Positions 9,109 through 18,706 of a DNA stretch of 64,000 nucleotides are shown here, one piece after another. This DNA is from a virus (Duplodnaviria; Heunggongvirae; Uroviricota; Caudoviricetes). Under the pieces are notes generated by a model. The model had not been told where the DNA came from, searched no databases, and saw nothing but the letters and a program-made list of their open reading frames with translations. The translations under genes and the position numbers were made by a program. The stretch is from IMG/VR virus record IMGVR_UViG_3300033121_001335, positions 1 through 64,000 of that record, one strand, 5' to 3'. The first letter of the stretch is position 1, and each line of letters opens with the position of its first letter.

Positions 9109-11703
9109 TTATTTCTTTGGTTTAGCCCTAGCCTTTTGTTTAGAGGCCTTTATTTTTTCTCTGTCAATTTTCATTTTCTCCATATTCTGCTCGAATTCCA
9201 CCTTTTTATTCTTTTGCTCGGCCTGAAACTGCATCATGTCCAGATTGAGCTTTTTGTTCTCTAGGTCTCTTTTGGCTATAGATTCCTGAAGCTTAAGCTG
9301 GTGTCCTGCTATTTCCATTATATCAGGGGTGCCATCTCCATCGGCATCTGTTGATGGTGCTTGGAAATATGTTGATATTTCTGCCTTAGCTAAGTCTGTA
9401 TTAGCCTTAACATCTGTCTTATATTTCTCCATCCTCAAATTGTCCTGATGGTGCCTTTCGTTTTGTTCTAATTGAGCCTGAGCTATTTCTTGCTCTCCTT
9501 GTGTCTTAGCCTGCTCATTTTCCTGCATTTGAGCCTGCATTTGGTCTTGCTTATTCTTAAGGTCTTTAAACACCTTCTGCATCTCACGGATGGAATTGGT
9601 AGCATAAAGAGCCGACACCTCGTATATACTAGCTCCATTTTGAAGCATAGCTTGGCTAAGCTGACGGAATTCGTTAAAGAGTTGTTGGTCTTCTGCTTTA
9701 GATGTTACAAACACCTTGAGGTCTTTTAGTTTTATATCCTCCCCTGTCACCTGAACGAATGCCGACTCCCCCTGAGAGGTTATAAAATTAACAGTGGAAA
9801 CTGGTTTCCTGCTTTCTATGTATTGGGAGCAATCAAGCATTGCTTGATATAGCTGGTTAAGGACGTATGAGTGGGCTGCAAAATATGGTTCTGTTTGAGC
9901 AAACGATTGAACCAAAGCATTCTGGTTAGCAGTGGCTGTTTCAGTGGCCAGTGGTGAACCAAGCCTTTGCCTATTCATACCTATAAGCTCCCAACATTCT
10001 TGTTTAAGCTGTACGGCCAATCTATACCGTGATTCTATTTCTGATGTTCTCGTAAGGTCTATATTCTTAGCTACAGTGGTGTTCTGTATAGACCCCTTTG
10101 TATTTTCAGGGGAATCGTCATCAAATATAATACCTCTCTTCCTTGCCTCTTCTTCCCATACGTCTATGGCATCGTTAGCATCTCCATCCTTCGGCCTTGG
10201 TATACGCCTAATGTTTACATTGGCAACATTACCAATCTCTTTTTCTAGAATTTCGAACAGCTGATTCATACAGATGTTGTATAATGTTTGGTAGGGTTTC
10301 ATCATATCCACCAAACTTTTAGGCTCTGTATTTTTCACTTCATGAATGAGACCTATAATAGGGGCATAGTCTAGGAGTGTGTATGGTTTAATGAAATAGA
10401 TGTCAGGGCCAATTTTAACTCCCTGATACCATTGATTAACCCAGCCCCATTCTATAGAAAGTTCTCCGGGAGACCCCTCTTTATATGATTCGTCTACGAG
10501 TGTGGTTTGTTCATCTCCTGCCTCATCTATATATGTAAGCTGACCCACCTTCTTTTTGGAATTCCAATAAGCTCTTATAACAACATATTTATATCCAAAG
10601 GAAAAGGCATTATTAGAACCAAGCCAATGATTGAGGTCATCTCTAAACTCATTGCCCAGCTCACTTTGTAAAATCATCCTTTCCTGATATATCAGCCTGT
10701 TATATGTATCATATTGAATTGTATTAATACCTGTTTTGTCCGTAAATAAGTTGGACTCTCTTCCATCCATGAATATAGAGTTTTGCATGGATTTCTGAAG
10801 ATGTTTAATTTCTTCTTCTGTGAGCTCTGGAAACTCTTCTATAATTTCGGATATTTCCTTAACATACACCGTACCTATTGCATAGGGTACGTTTGGTTCC
10901 CCCGAAGCACCTGATGTATATTTATTATCTGGTGTTCCTTTATGCCATACGTTTTTAGGGTTTTCTGTTTTGACATTAAATCCTAATTTGGAATTATCTT
11001 CATATATATGGTAGAACTCTCTGGAGCATATGAGAAGGTCTCTGAAAGCATCTTCTGATTTTTCCTTTGTATTAAACTGGGCTTTAAGAGCTGTGAGGAT
11101 ATGATTGCCCCACCTTTCAGCCAGCGATGTATAGTCTGTTAACAAGTCTTTAACATCTTCCATTACTAGTTGCTGCATGTCCTCATCGGAAATTTGAGAA
11201 GCATCCTCACCCTTCATAGCCATCTTATTTATAATAGTCTGTCTGGCTTGCTGGAGAATGAGTTGCTGAACTATTTCTGTCTTATATTGCAGTTCTTCGT
11301 TTCTGCTGTCGTCATCAAAAGCTTTCACCTTATGTATATCAGGTCTTTTAGAAAGCTCTCCCACCATTGTATTAACAGGTGGGTTTATAATTGGATAGTG
11401 CTTTACATATGATGGCAGGTCTTCTTTTTGTGTAAGAGTTTCTAAGAAGTCTTTAACCTCAGGGTCTGCATCCTGATAAAAGTCACTGGGTTTCAGTATT
11501 CCTTTCATCAAATCATAGTTCTTAACGAATGTCTCCTTATTTGCTTTATATTGCGTATACGCCATATTAGCAAAATAGTCAAGAGTGTTCTTGATGTAAG
11601 ATTCATTGGTAAGTTTCTCCTCCTCGCTTTTAAACGGGTCGGGGTAATTATTTAGATAGGAATATCCTAAATTAACATCACTATCACTTCTGGTAATTAT
11701 CAT
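9109..11703 (-). CDS. portal protein candidate
   Basis: 864 aa; overlaps the terminase stop (ATGA-type junction at 11700-11703); long Q/K/E-rich coiled-coil C-terminus; call is by position and size. Confidence 0.6.
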   Translation of the reverse strand: MIITRSDSDVNLGYSYLNNYPDPFKSEEEKLTNESYIKNTLDYFANMAYTQYKANKETFVKNYDLMKGILKPSDFYQDADPEVKDFLETLTQKEDLPSYVKHYPIINPPVNTMVGELSKRPDIHKVKAFDDDSRNEELQYKTEIVQQLILQQARQTIINKMAMKGEDASQISDEDMQQLVMEDVKDLLTDYTSLAERWGNHILTALKAQFNTKEKSEDAFRDLLICSREFYHIYEDNSKLGFNVKTENPKNVWHKGTPDNKYTSGASGEPNVPYAIGTVYVKEISEIIEEFPELTEEEIKHLQKSMQNSIFMDGRESNLFTDKTGINTIQYDTYNRLIYQERMILQSELGNEFRDDLNHWLGSNNAFSFGYKYVVIRAYWNSKKKVGQLTYIDEAGDEQTTLVDESYKEGSPGELSIEWGWVNQWYQGVKIGPDIYFIKPYTLLDYAPIIGLIHEVKNTEPKSLVDMMKPYQTLYNICMNQLFEILEKEIGNVANVNIRRIPRPKDGDANDAIDVWEEEARKRGIIFDDDSPENTKGSIQNTTVAKNIDLTRTSEIESRYRLAVQLKQECWELIGMNRQRLGSPLATETATANQNALVQSFAQTEPYFAAHSYVLNQLYQAMLDCSQYIESRKPVSTVNFITSQGESAFVQVTGEDIKLKDLKVFVTSKAEDQQLFNEFRQLSQAMLQNGASIYEVSALYATNSIREMQKVFKDLKNKQDQMQAQMQENEQAKTQGEQEIAQAQLEQNERHHQDNLRMEKYKTDVKANTDLAKAEISTYFQAPSTDADGDGTPDIMEIAGHQLKLQESIAKRDLENKKLNLDMMQFQAEQKNKKVEFEQNMEKMKIDREKIKASKQKARAKPKK

Positions 11704-13814
11704 CTGCTAAAGAGTTTTCTTTTCTTGCTTTTAAACATTTTTGATTCGAAGGTGAACAGTTTGTTCCCCTTTATTGGTTTCTTAAACAGAGACTGTATTC
11801 TTGGGTCAGCTTCTCCACCTATCTTACCTATAATTGGGTCTAGGTGATTGGATAGGGCTATTGCTAAGGAGAAGGCCACCTCTCTATCATAGTTGCCTTC
11901 TTCTTCATTAAAATTAATTATCTCCTCTAAAAGCATTGGGTCTGGTATGCGGGAAACCCCCAATGTTTCTTTTATTATAGAGCCTTGGTCGTCTCGTTCC
12001 TGCTTGATAACATCATCCAGATATTTCTTAGACCCGGCTCTTAGCATATCCCTGATTTTCTCAGAACTTCTATGTATACCCTTATCCCTTGTTACAGTGG
12101 TGTTTGGGACGTACAGCTTTAACCACTGAGGCTGGTCTTCTAAATAATGCCCATCGCCCTTACTAATCATATAATTAATGAAGGTCATGTCATCATTTTC
12201 ACAAAGTGTTCTGGCATTATACCATTTGATTAACATCCGGGCTTGCTCGTTCCATTTCTCAGGACTGTCAGGCCTTGACGCATAGGCCGCCACTATCATA
12301 TCCTGATATTTTTCAGAATGTATATCATGCATTCGCTTGAATATATACACAACGCCTAAAGAATCAGAATACTCTGCTTTTCCTTGCCTATAGTTATCCA
12401 CCCCCGCTACATATAGGCCAAATGGTGGGAGGTCATCAATGGGAAATTCCCACACCTGTATTGGAGCATCCTTATTTTGGGTCTTTACTGGAAACTCTGT
12501 AATAGGTAGTTTGTTTGAAGGCTTGTGGGTAATCCCCTCACCATTGTGGTATAATTCTACTAGTGAGCCCGTCACCCCATGAGCTCTTAATCTTTGTTGT
12601 TGAAACTTAGCCGCCTCAATATTATAGTCATTCTTTGTTAAAACTAAGAAGCTATCGGAGGCCTTTAAAGGCCAATAGGCTTTAAATTTCAGAACAGTTT
12701 TACTATTTCCTGATTTAAGGGCCTTCGCATATTCTGGTTTCCACCACTCTTCCAGAGCTCTCTCCTCATCACTAACAAGAATAGTTATATTATCAAAATC
12801 TGGATGTGGTTCTAATTTTCTCCCCAATTTTTCAGTGAGATAGCGATAGAGAGTCCAAGGCTGCTTATATTTCATTCTTGCTCTTAAGGCAGATATGAAT
12901 CTGCCCATCTTTCCGCCCGGAACCTCTGGATTATCAAAAGCTAAACTATTGTAAGAGAGTGGATTAAAGAACATTTCTCCTGCTTCTTTTCCCACTTCCA
13001 TATCCCCACCAGTTCCTGTTAGCATAACCAAGCACGATGGTTTATCCCCGCCGCCTGACCACCAACATCCATCTGAGTCTTTTACACATCCGATGAGGTT
13101 GGGTAATGTACCCTCTTCATCAATTACATGAAAACCGGGACGTGTACCATTGGCTGCCATTGTTTTATTACCATTCTCGTAATTCCTCACCTTTATAGAG
13201 GATTTAGAGGAAGCTGGGTCTGGCAGTCCTGTAGCCTTATCCTTCCACCCTGCTACGATTTCTTTTTTCCAATCTGAGGTGATGCGCTGTTTTCTAAACA
13301 TGGGATGTATGTTTAGAAGCCCATCCTCGATTTTATCTGTTACAAGCTTTATGTAGTTATAAGCCCCAGCAGATATTACAGCCTCACTTTGGTCATAGAA
13401 TGTGTATAAATGTCCAGCACATGAGCCGGCTATCACACTCTTACCAAAATCACGAGAGCCCACTAGGTTATATATCAATATACCCTCGTCTGTGCATTTT
13501 TCTAAATCGTCTACGAATATATCCCAATCTAAATCACGGAATAATGGAGTGATGATTTGACGAGATTTAACTGTCTTTCCTTTCACTTCCCTTTCTATAT
13601 ATGCTGCAATTTTCCAATATACAGTGTGAAAATATAGTCTTCCGGGAATTTTGAGCTGGCCATTTCCTATATAGAACCCATTCATACATCTGTCTTTCTC
13701 TCGTCTCCAATAATCACGAAAAACCTGCATAGCTTCCTCATCCTGAGGGTCGTATACGGGTTCACTCTGATTTGGAAACCAGATGTTAACGGTATTTAAT
13801 TGGTATTCTGGCAT
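11700..13814 (-). CDS. terL: terminase large subunit
   Basis: Walker A-like VGSRDFGKS, Walker B-like FHVIDEEG, C-terminal nuclease-like YVAGVDNYRQG; 704 aa. Confidence 0.75.
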   Translation of the reverse strand: MPEYQLNTVNIWFPNQSEPVYDPQDEEAMQVFRDYWRREKDRCMNGFYIGNGQLKIPGRLYFHTVYWKIAAYIEREVKGKTVKSRQIITPLFRDLDWDIFVDDLEKCTDEGILIYNLVGSRDFGKSVIAGSCAGHLYTFYDQSEAVISAGAYNYIKLVTDKIEDGLLNIHPMFRKQRITSDWKKEIVAGWKDKATGLPDPASSKSSIKVRNYENGNKTMAANGTRPGFHVIDEEGTLPNLIGCVKDSDGCWWSGGGDKPSCLVMLTGTGGDMEVGKEAGEMFFNPLSYNSLAFDNPEVPGGKMGRFISALRARMKYKQPWTLYRYLTEKLGRKLEPHPDFDNITILVSDEERALEEWWKPEYAKALKSGNSKTVLKFKAYWPLKASDSFLVLTKNDYNIEAAKFQQQRLRAHGVTGSLVELYHNGEGITHKPSNKLPITEFPVKTQNKDAPIQVWEFPIDDLPPFGLYVAGVDNYRQGKAEYSDSLGVVYIFKRMHDIHSEKYQDMIVAAYASRPDSPEKWNEQARMLIKWYNARTLCENDDMTFINYMISKGDGHYLEDQPQWLKLYVPNTTVTRDKGIHRSSEKIRDMLRAGSKKYLDDVIKQERDDQGSIIKETLGVSRIPDPMLLEEIINFNEEEGNYDREVAFSLAIALSNHLDPIIGKIGGEADPRIQSLFKKPIKGNKLFTFESKMFKSKKRKLFSR

Positions 13815-14137
13815 TATATCATTCCAGACTCGGCTGGGGAAAGAGCTTGATGCCCTCTAACATTTTTCTGCTTTTCTTCTTCTTTTTGCCGCATTAAATC
13901 TATACGAGCTATTAAGTCAGCATAGTCCTTTAGAGCTTGGGTTAGTGATTTTAGTTGAGCCTCTATAGAAGCTGTCACCATAGGTATGGCTCCACCGCTT
14001 TTAGTTTCTTTCCAATGTATTCTGTCCTTTAGCTTATCAAATGGATTGGCTTCAACATATTGTTTTAGCTCCTCAGCCTTTTTCTCTAAAAACTCCAGCT
14101 CATACACTATGTAGTTATCTTTCTTTTTTGTTGCCAT
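13814..14137 (-). CDS. hypothetical protein (small terminase candidate by position only)
   Basis: 107 aa; coiled-coil-like; directly upstream of terL and overlapping it. Confidence 0.5.
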   Translation of the reverse strand: MATKKKDNYIVYELEFLEKKAEELKQYVEANPFDKLKDRIHWKETKSGGAIPMVTASIEAQLKSLTQALKDYADLIARIDLMRQKEEEKQKNVRGHQALSPAESGMI

Positions 14138-14138
14138 A

Positions 14139-14465
14139 TCATATATTAGTAAAAACTATATCCTCTAAATCTACATTTTGTCTAATTTCTAGGGCTTGTT
14201 CAGATAGTGTTGATTTATAAGCCTCATCATATGTAGTGTAAAGCAAGCTTCCATCAACACTCATATCCTCTGTTTTATCAAAAGACATGGATTTACCATT
14301 TTTGAATCTAATTATATAATTATTATAATAGAGTCTGTTTTGGCCTCCCCATTTAAGCGCACCATCAACACTACTAAAATCTTTCATCAACACTATAGCT
14401 TCCACTATATCCTTAGTGCCGGGGAGTATTGCAAACACCCTTTCATTTTTTACAAAATAATTCAT
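14139..14465 (-). CDS. hypothetical protein
   Basis: ORF track; tight operon spacing. Confidence 0.6.
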   Translation of the reverse strand: MNYFVKNERVFAILPGTKDIVEAIVLMKDFSSVDGALKWGGQNRLYYNNYIIRFKNGKSMSFDKTEDMSVDGSLLYTTYDEAYKSTLSEQALEIRQNVDLEDIVFTNI

Positions 14466-14474
14466 ATTTAATTA

Positions 14475-14762
14475 TTAATATTCCTCTTCTTCGTCCTCTG
14501 ATTTTTCATCAAAAAGATGTTTAGCATCCTCTTCAATCTTTTTTATATAATCATCTGGAACAAGTTGTTGTTCATCCAAGGCTAATTCTGCCTGATATTT
14601 TTCAATAGCAAAACAAAGTTCCTTATCTGAAATACCCCAAAAATCTCCGTAGTCTGAAAGGGCCATAGATAGGTGGCGCCCTATTCCAAATGTGGGGTAT
14701 TCTCTAGCCAACTGGTGCATCAGTTCTCCGAATTTCTTTTTGTAGTCTGGTGTTCTTCCCAT
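14475..14762 (-). CDS. hypothetical acidic protein
   Basis: ORF track; C-terminus SEDEEEEY. Confidence 0.6.
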   Translation of the reverse strand: MGRTPDYKKKFGELMHQLAREYPTFGIGRHLSMALSDYGDFWGISDKELCFAIEKYQAELALDEQQLVPDDYIKKIEEDAKHLFDEKSEDEEEEY

Positions 14763-14764
14763 GT

Positions 14765-14938
14765 TTAACCGTTTAAGAACTTAGAATTTTTTGCAATAAC
14801 AGCATCAATATCCGTCTGCATAAATCTCAATAATTTATTTATTATAGACTGAGCTTCCTCTTTTTGTGCGTCTGTAGTTGCTTCCAAAGCTAGCATATCT
14901 AGCATTAATTTAATAGTGTCCAATGTTATTGGGTTCAT
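14765..14938 (-). CDS. hypothetical 57-aa protein
   Basis: Manual translation MNPITLDTIKLMLDMLALEATTDAQKEEAQSIINKLLRFMQTDIDAVIAKNSKFLNG*; ATGA overlap with the upstream gene. Confidence 0.4.
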   Translation of the reverse strand: MNPITLDTIKLMLDMLALEATTDAQKEEAQSIINKLLRFMQTDIDAVIAKNSKFLNG

Positions 14939-15228
14939 GATTCTTGGTTTAATTGTTTATTTATATTATCGTTTTCTTCTTTTGTAGCTATCGCCAACCA
15001 TTTCTTTTCCGGGCATTCGCAAGAAAGACAGGCACTCTTCTTCTTTAAGGGGCATCCGCAGCTCTTACAATAAGAGAACGATGTAACCCTTCCTTCTGAA
15101 CTATTAAAAGGACAATTAAGACACACTGCCAATCTTTGTGCTTGTGTTTCTCTTATCAGCTCCTTCATTTCCGTTGCTGGAAATATATCATTTTTCCAAC
15201 CCTCTAATATTTTTTTTAGACTGTCCAT
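14935..15228 (-). CDS. Cys-rich (zinc-binding-like) protein
   Basis: CLNCPF..CKSCGCP..CLSCECP motifs. The start could instead be Met21 (nt 15168), because 15188-15228 overlaps the upstream gene. Confidence 0.6.
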   Translation of the reverse strand: MDSLKKILEGWKNDIFPATEMKELIRETQAQRLAVCLNCPFNSSEGRVTSFSYCKSCGCPLKKKSACLSCECPEKKWLAIATKEENDNINKQLNQES

Positions 15229-15544
15229 GTCCCTGCTTTGTGTTTAAATAGTTTATCTCTTCTTTAAGGCTCTGTATTTTCTTAGAGTTTCTCTCCCCCT
15301 CCGGAAGGCTTAGATGGTAGTCTAGAAGAGATTGTCTCCTCTCTAGTCTCCTGTTTAGCTTTCCTGCTGTCACTAAAAGCTTTCCAAACCCAGAAAGTTC
15401 CACAGAACTACATGTTTTTGTAGCTTCTTTAGCCTGTTCATAACTCCAAGAAATCACCCTATCACATATAGACTCTTCTATTTGCAAGTCCTCAGAAACA
15501 GAGGCCAGAATCCAGTCTTTCGTTGACATATTAGCTGGCTTCAT
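15188..15544 (-). CDS. hypothetical protein, weak HU/IHF-like segment
   Basis: VELSGFGKLLV resembles the HU V.L.GFG.F.V strand pair; alternative start at 15529. Confidence 0.5.
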   Translation of the reverse strand: MKPANMSTKDWILASVSEDLQIEESICDRVISWSYEQAKEATKTCSSVELSGFGKLLVTAGKLNRRLERRQSLLDYHLSLPEGERNSKKIQSLKEEINYLNTKQGHGQSKKNIRGLEK

Positions 15545-15869
15545 TCTCTATTGATATGATTAAAGCAATGGGTTGTGTAAAATCCAGCTTATTTAAGGCT
15601 GGGTGTAGGCTTAATGTTGTTACGCCAGAGAGAATTCCCTTCTTCTTTAAGGGTCCAGATATATTCTCTAGCCTTTTATGGGTTGTGTTAAACTCTTTAA
15701 CATATTCGTCCCTGTCAGCGATGCCTCCACCTAAAGATATATTAGCTATCAGCTCTATTTGCTTTGGAGTGAGAAGCAGGTCGTTCAAAACAGACAATAA
15801 GCTGTAATAGACAATCGCCGTCTTTAGCCTGTCTTTATACACCTTCCTTATTTTCTGACTATTTTCCAA
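15531..15869 (-). CDS. hypothetical protein
   Basis: ORF track. Confidence 0.6.
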   Translation of the reverse strand: MENSQKIRKVYKDRLKTAIVYYSLLSVLNDLLLTPKQIELIANISLGGGIADRDEYVKEFNTTHKRLENISGPLKKKGILSGVTTLSLHPALNKLDFTQPIALIISIENEAS

Positions 15870-15956
15870 TATGTAGTTATTTTTACAAAGGTAGAATAGA
15901 ATTTCTTACTAAAAAAGTATCTGTCTAATTCATTTTCAGATGGAATGCTATTATAG

Positions 15957-16325
15957 CTAAGAATTATTTTGTTTTACGGTCAAATTTTCGATAAGCTCGT
16001 TGGCATAAGCCTCATATTTAGTCACATACTCATCTAGCTTCTGCTCAAACTTCCTTTTTTCCCATACACAAATGCAGCATCCCTCATGTTCTGTAGAAAC
16101 AAGGGTATATTTAAATCCCTCTTCTCTCACTCCATCCACTCCCTGAGTGCTATCGAAATAGTCACACCATGTAGTAATTTCATTATGTGGAATCTTTATC
16201 TTTCCAGCCGCCCAATCACCCTCCTGAGGAATGTCCTTCATTTTCTCTATTGTTTCAGCCTTTTCAGCTGTAAACCTATCGTATATCCTAATTGGGAATT
16301 CAAAAAATCTTTCTGTATATTTCAT
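15957..16325 (-). CDS. hypothetical protein
   Basis: ORF track. Confidence 0.6.
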   Translation of the reverse strand: MKYTERFFEFPIRIYDRFTAEKAETIEKMKDIPQEGDWAAGKIKIPHNEITTWCDYFDSTQGVDGVREEGFKYTLVSTEHEGCCICVWEKRKFEQKLDEYVTKYEAYANELIENLTVKQNNS

Positions 16326-16328
16326 AAT

Positions 16329-17006
16329 TTAGAATAATTTAAACTGTAATTTTTTATAATACCCTATTTTTAATCCGGGTTGCTTCAAAGGTAGGGAATA
16401 AGTTCCGGATAATGAAATAATATCCTCATTAGTTTTGTTTTTAAAAAGGAGTCCTAGGTCAATTTGCTGAATATTGGGCTTATTTAGAAGGCTTTCTACA
16501 CTCACCCCTATAAAAATCTGCCGCTTTAGGGGGGCATATTTTGTTATCGTAGTGGTGGTGTGTGGAAAATTAAGCTTATACGTTGGTTGTGTGCTTTTTA
16601 GTGTATTTTCTGCCACTATTTGGGTTAAATCCACTATTCCCACTTTCAGCCCAGAGGTGTCCTTAAGCTCAATAGAATCTTTATATGTCTTTACAGCTAG
16701 GTATTGTTTTACAAGCTCGTTATATTGCTCTGTAAGCTTCTGAATGTCTCCTGAAGCATTATATTGGGCTGGGATGTTTATTGGAAACACTGTGTTTCCC
16801 TGTTGCTGTGGTTGGTAGGGCGGCATTATGACAATTGGTTGAGGCACCTGAGTGGTGAAGGTTGTTGTATCAGATGTTCCGGGCTTTCCTTTTCCCTGTA
16901 GTATTTGTTTTCCCCCATTAAAGAAGAACACAAAGAACATAATTCCCACTAAAATAATGCCTAAATTTTTTTTTATTGCATCTGCAATTGTTATTTTTTC
17001 TGCCAT
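16329..17006 (-). CDS. N-terminally membrane-anchored protein
   Basis: Hydrophobic span GIILVGIMFFVFFF near the N-terminus. Confidence 0.6.
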   Translation of the reverse strand: MAEKITIADAIKKNLGIILVGIMFFVFFFNGGKQILQGKGKPGTSDTTTFTTQVPQPIVIMPPYQPQQQGNTVFPINIPAQYNASGDIQKLTEQYNELVKQYLAVKTYKDSIELKDTSGLKVGIVDLTQIVAENTLKSTQPTYKLNFPHTTTTITKYAPLKRQIFIGVSVESLLNKPNIQQIDLGLLFKNKTNEDIISLSGTYSLPLKQPGLKIGYYKKLQFKLF

Positions 17007-17185
17007 TTTTCTAAAAATTTTTTAATGTGAGATTCCCATTCTGGGAAATTATTATATTTACCCCTATTGATTTCATAAATAATCACTTTAGCCAAAAGTT
17101 CCTGTTCTTCTTTCGGGGTGTTTATATGTACAAGCAAGCCACAAGAAGCAGGCCCAAAAAATATGAAATGTGTATCTTTAACCAA
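16991..17185 (-). CDS. hypothetical protein (TTG start)
   Basis: ORF track; no internal ATG, so the start is non-canonical. Confidence 0.4.
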   Translation of the reverse strand: MVKDTHFIFFGPASCGLLVHINTPKEEQELLAKVIIYEINRGKYNNFPEWESHIKKFLEKWQKK

Positions 17186-17600
17186 TGTTTAATAATTTGC
17201 AAATATATCTAAATGTGTTTATATCCTTACATTCCCCCATAAAGAGTTGCTGACCATCTTTTACCCCATGCCATATTCTTATTGCTTGTTTTTCTTTATT
17301 TTTTCCTATCTCTTTATATATTTTTATAACATAGTCTTCTTTCCAGAACTCTATAGGATTATCCCAAGATGGGTCTGTTTCCCATCCCTCAGCTTCTATT
17401 TGTTCTTTAGTTAGATAGGGAACTCTTATAACTCCTTCCTCTATGTCATGCTTTAATTCAAACCTCCAACCTTCCATATCATAGAAAACAGGACTATCTG
17501 AATCAAAATTGTATTTTACCCAATTATCACCATCAAATCTCTCATATTCATACCCAACCCTAATGTCGGAAATATCTGGTACGAAATATTTATTTTCCAT
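17178..17600 (-). CDS. hypothetical protein
   Basis: ORF track. Confidence 0.6.
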   Translation of the reverse strand: MENKYFVPDISDIRVGYEYERFDGDNWVKYNFDSDSPVFYDMEGWRFELKHDIEEGVIRVPYLTKEQIEAEGWETDPSWDNPIEFWKEDYVIKIYKEIGKNKEKQAIRIWHGVKDGQQLFMGECKDINTFRYICKLLNIG

Positions 17601-17853
17601 TATTTAATGTTTTAAATCCTTGTTTTTGAAAAGTCTTATAAAATAATTCTAATCCAGCATCCCCACAATTTATAGTACCCGCTGTGCCACAATCAATTTT
17701 ATGGCTCCTATATTTCTTTCCATCCTGTTCCCACTCATGCGTTTGGACGTTGGGGAATCTAATACTGACTGTTTCCAACTCTTTTACATAATTTATTTTC
17801 TTATTTTTGCTCATCATTTGGTAGTTTATATTCCCATTTAAACTCTTTACCAT
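17590..17853 (-). CDS. hypothetical protein
   Basis: ORF track; true start may be MMSKNKK (about 17817). Confidence 0.5.
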   Translation of the reverse strand: MVKSLNGNINYQMMSKNKKINYVKELETVSIRFPNVQTHEWEQDGKKYRSHKIDCGTAGTINCGDAGLELFYKTFQKQGFKTLNNGK

Positions 17854-18016
17854 CTAGTTTTATATTGGAATTTGGTATAGAAAGCTGCTCTAGTATTTTT
17901 ACATCTGGCATTAAACACTTAGCCACCATATCGGCTAATTTCTGTGCTACACCCCTGTTAAGCAGGATTTCTTTGTCTTTTTCCATTAAACGCATTTTAA
18001 GCCCTATTACAGGCAT
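17801..18016 (-). CDS. hypothetical protein
   Basis: ORF track. Confidence 0.5.
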   Translation of the reverse strand: MPVIGLKMRLMEKDKEILLNRGVAQKLADMVAKCLMPDVKILEQLSIPNSNIKLDGKEFKWEYKLPNDEQK

Positions 18017-18022
18017 TTCTAT

Positions 18023-18298
18023 TTAAAAATGAGGAATAGTGTTGTCTAAATTATTGGGCAAATCCGGGGCTTTAAACGATGTCTCATTAAATATAAGCAT
18101 TTCCTTGAACATCCTATCCTGTTCTTTCTCTATTTGAGGCTTATTTTTCTCTAATTCCTCCTTAGCCCATTGCTCTACTCTTGGGGGATTGTGTGTCTTC
18201 ACCCCTATTTGGGCCTGAGCCATTTTGAGCACACCCTCTAATTCATCCAGAACAGAGCTTTCAGCTGTTATTACATATGTCCTTGTTTCTAGGCTCAT
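18023..18298 (-). CDS. hypothetical protein
   Basis: ORF track, with the start moved to ATG at 18298 (MSLETRTY...), just after the upstream stop. Confidence 0.55.
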   Translation of the reverse strand: MSLETRTYVITAESSVLDELEGVLKMAQAQIGVKTHNPPRVEQWAKEELEKNKPQIEKEQDRMFKEMLIFNETSFKAPDLPNNLDNTIPHF

Positions 18299-18300
18299 AA

Positions 18301-18534
18301 TTAAATTGTTGCTGCTTTTACAGCCCATGATGTCCCAGATTCAATTTCTGTCATAGCTAGAGCTTTAAGCCTTTTCCATTCCCCCAATGTCTCATCGTCC
18401 CAAGAAGGCCTATTAGTAGCCTCATTAATCAGGTCAATAAGTTCAGCCCCCTTAGTTTTAAGCTGAAATATGTAGTCCTCGTTTGAGGGATTGAATTCTA
18501 TTCTTGTTCTTTTTTCTCCTAATGTTTTTGCCAT
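18301..18534 (-). CDS. hypothetical protein, first gene of the leftward operon
   Basis: ORF track, with the start moved to ATG at 18534 (MAKTLGEKR...). A TAnnTTTG box lies 18 nt upstream on the minus strand. Confidence 0.55.
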   Translation of the reverse strand: MAKTLGEKRTRIEFNPSNEDYIFQLKTKGAELIDLINEATNRPSWDDETLGEWKRLKALAMTEIESGTSWAVKAATI

Positions 18535-18552
18535 AATTCTGATTTTAGAACA

Positions 18553-18560
18553 CAAATGTA
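18553..18560 (-). promoter_or_regulatory. Bacteroidota-type -7 promoter box (TACATTTG on minus strand)
   Basis: Plus strand reads caaatgta; matches the TAnnTTTG consensus; lies at the head of the minus-strand operon. Confidence 0.4.
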
Positions 18561-18613
18561 AGCCAAATGTTTTATTTCACCAAATTTTTTAAAAAATTTT
18601 TTTTTCGAAAAAT

Positions 18614-18680
18614 GTGGGACGGGGGTGTCCACATCCCACTCACCACCCCCGCTTGAAAATACGGTAGGGGGTATTCCCCG
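18614..18680. promoter_or_regulatory. GC-rich alternative-pairing / pseudoknot-capable element in the divergent control region
   Basis: GTGGGA(18614-19)/TCCCAC(18634-39); CGGGGGTG(18620-27)/CACCCCCG(18644-51); GGGG..CCCC hairpin 18667-18679. Confidence 0.4.
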
Positions 18681-18706
18681 CATTAAACATTTAAAAACGA
18701 TAAAAA

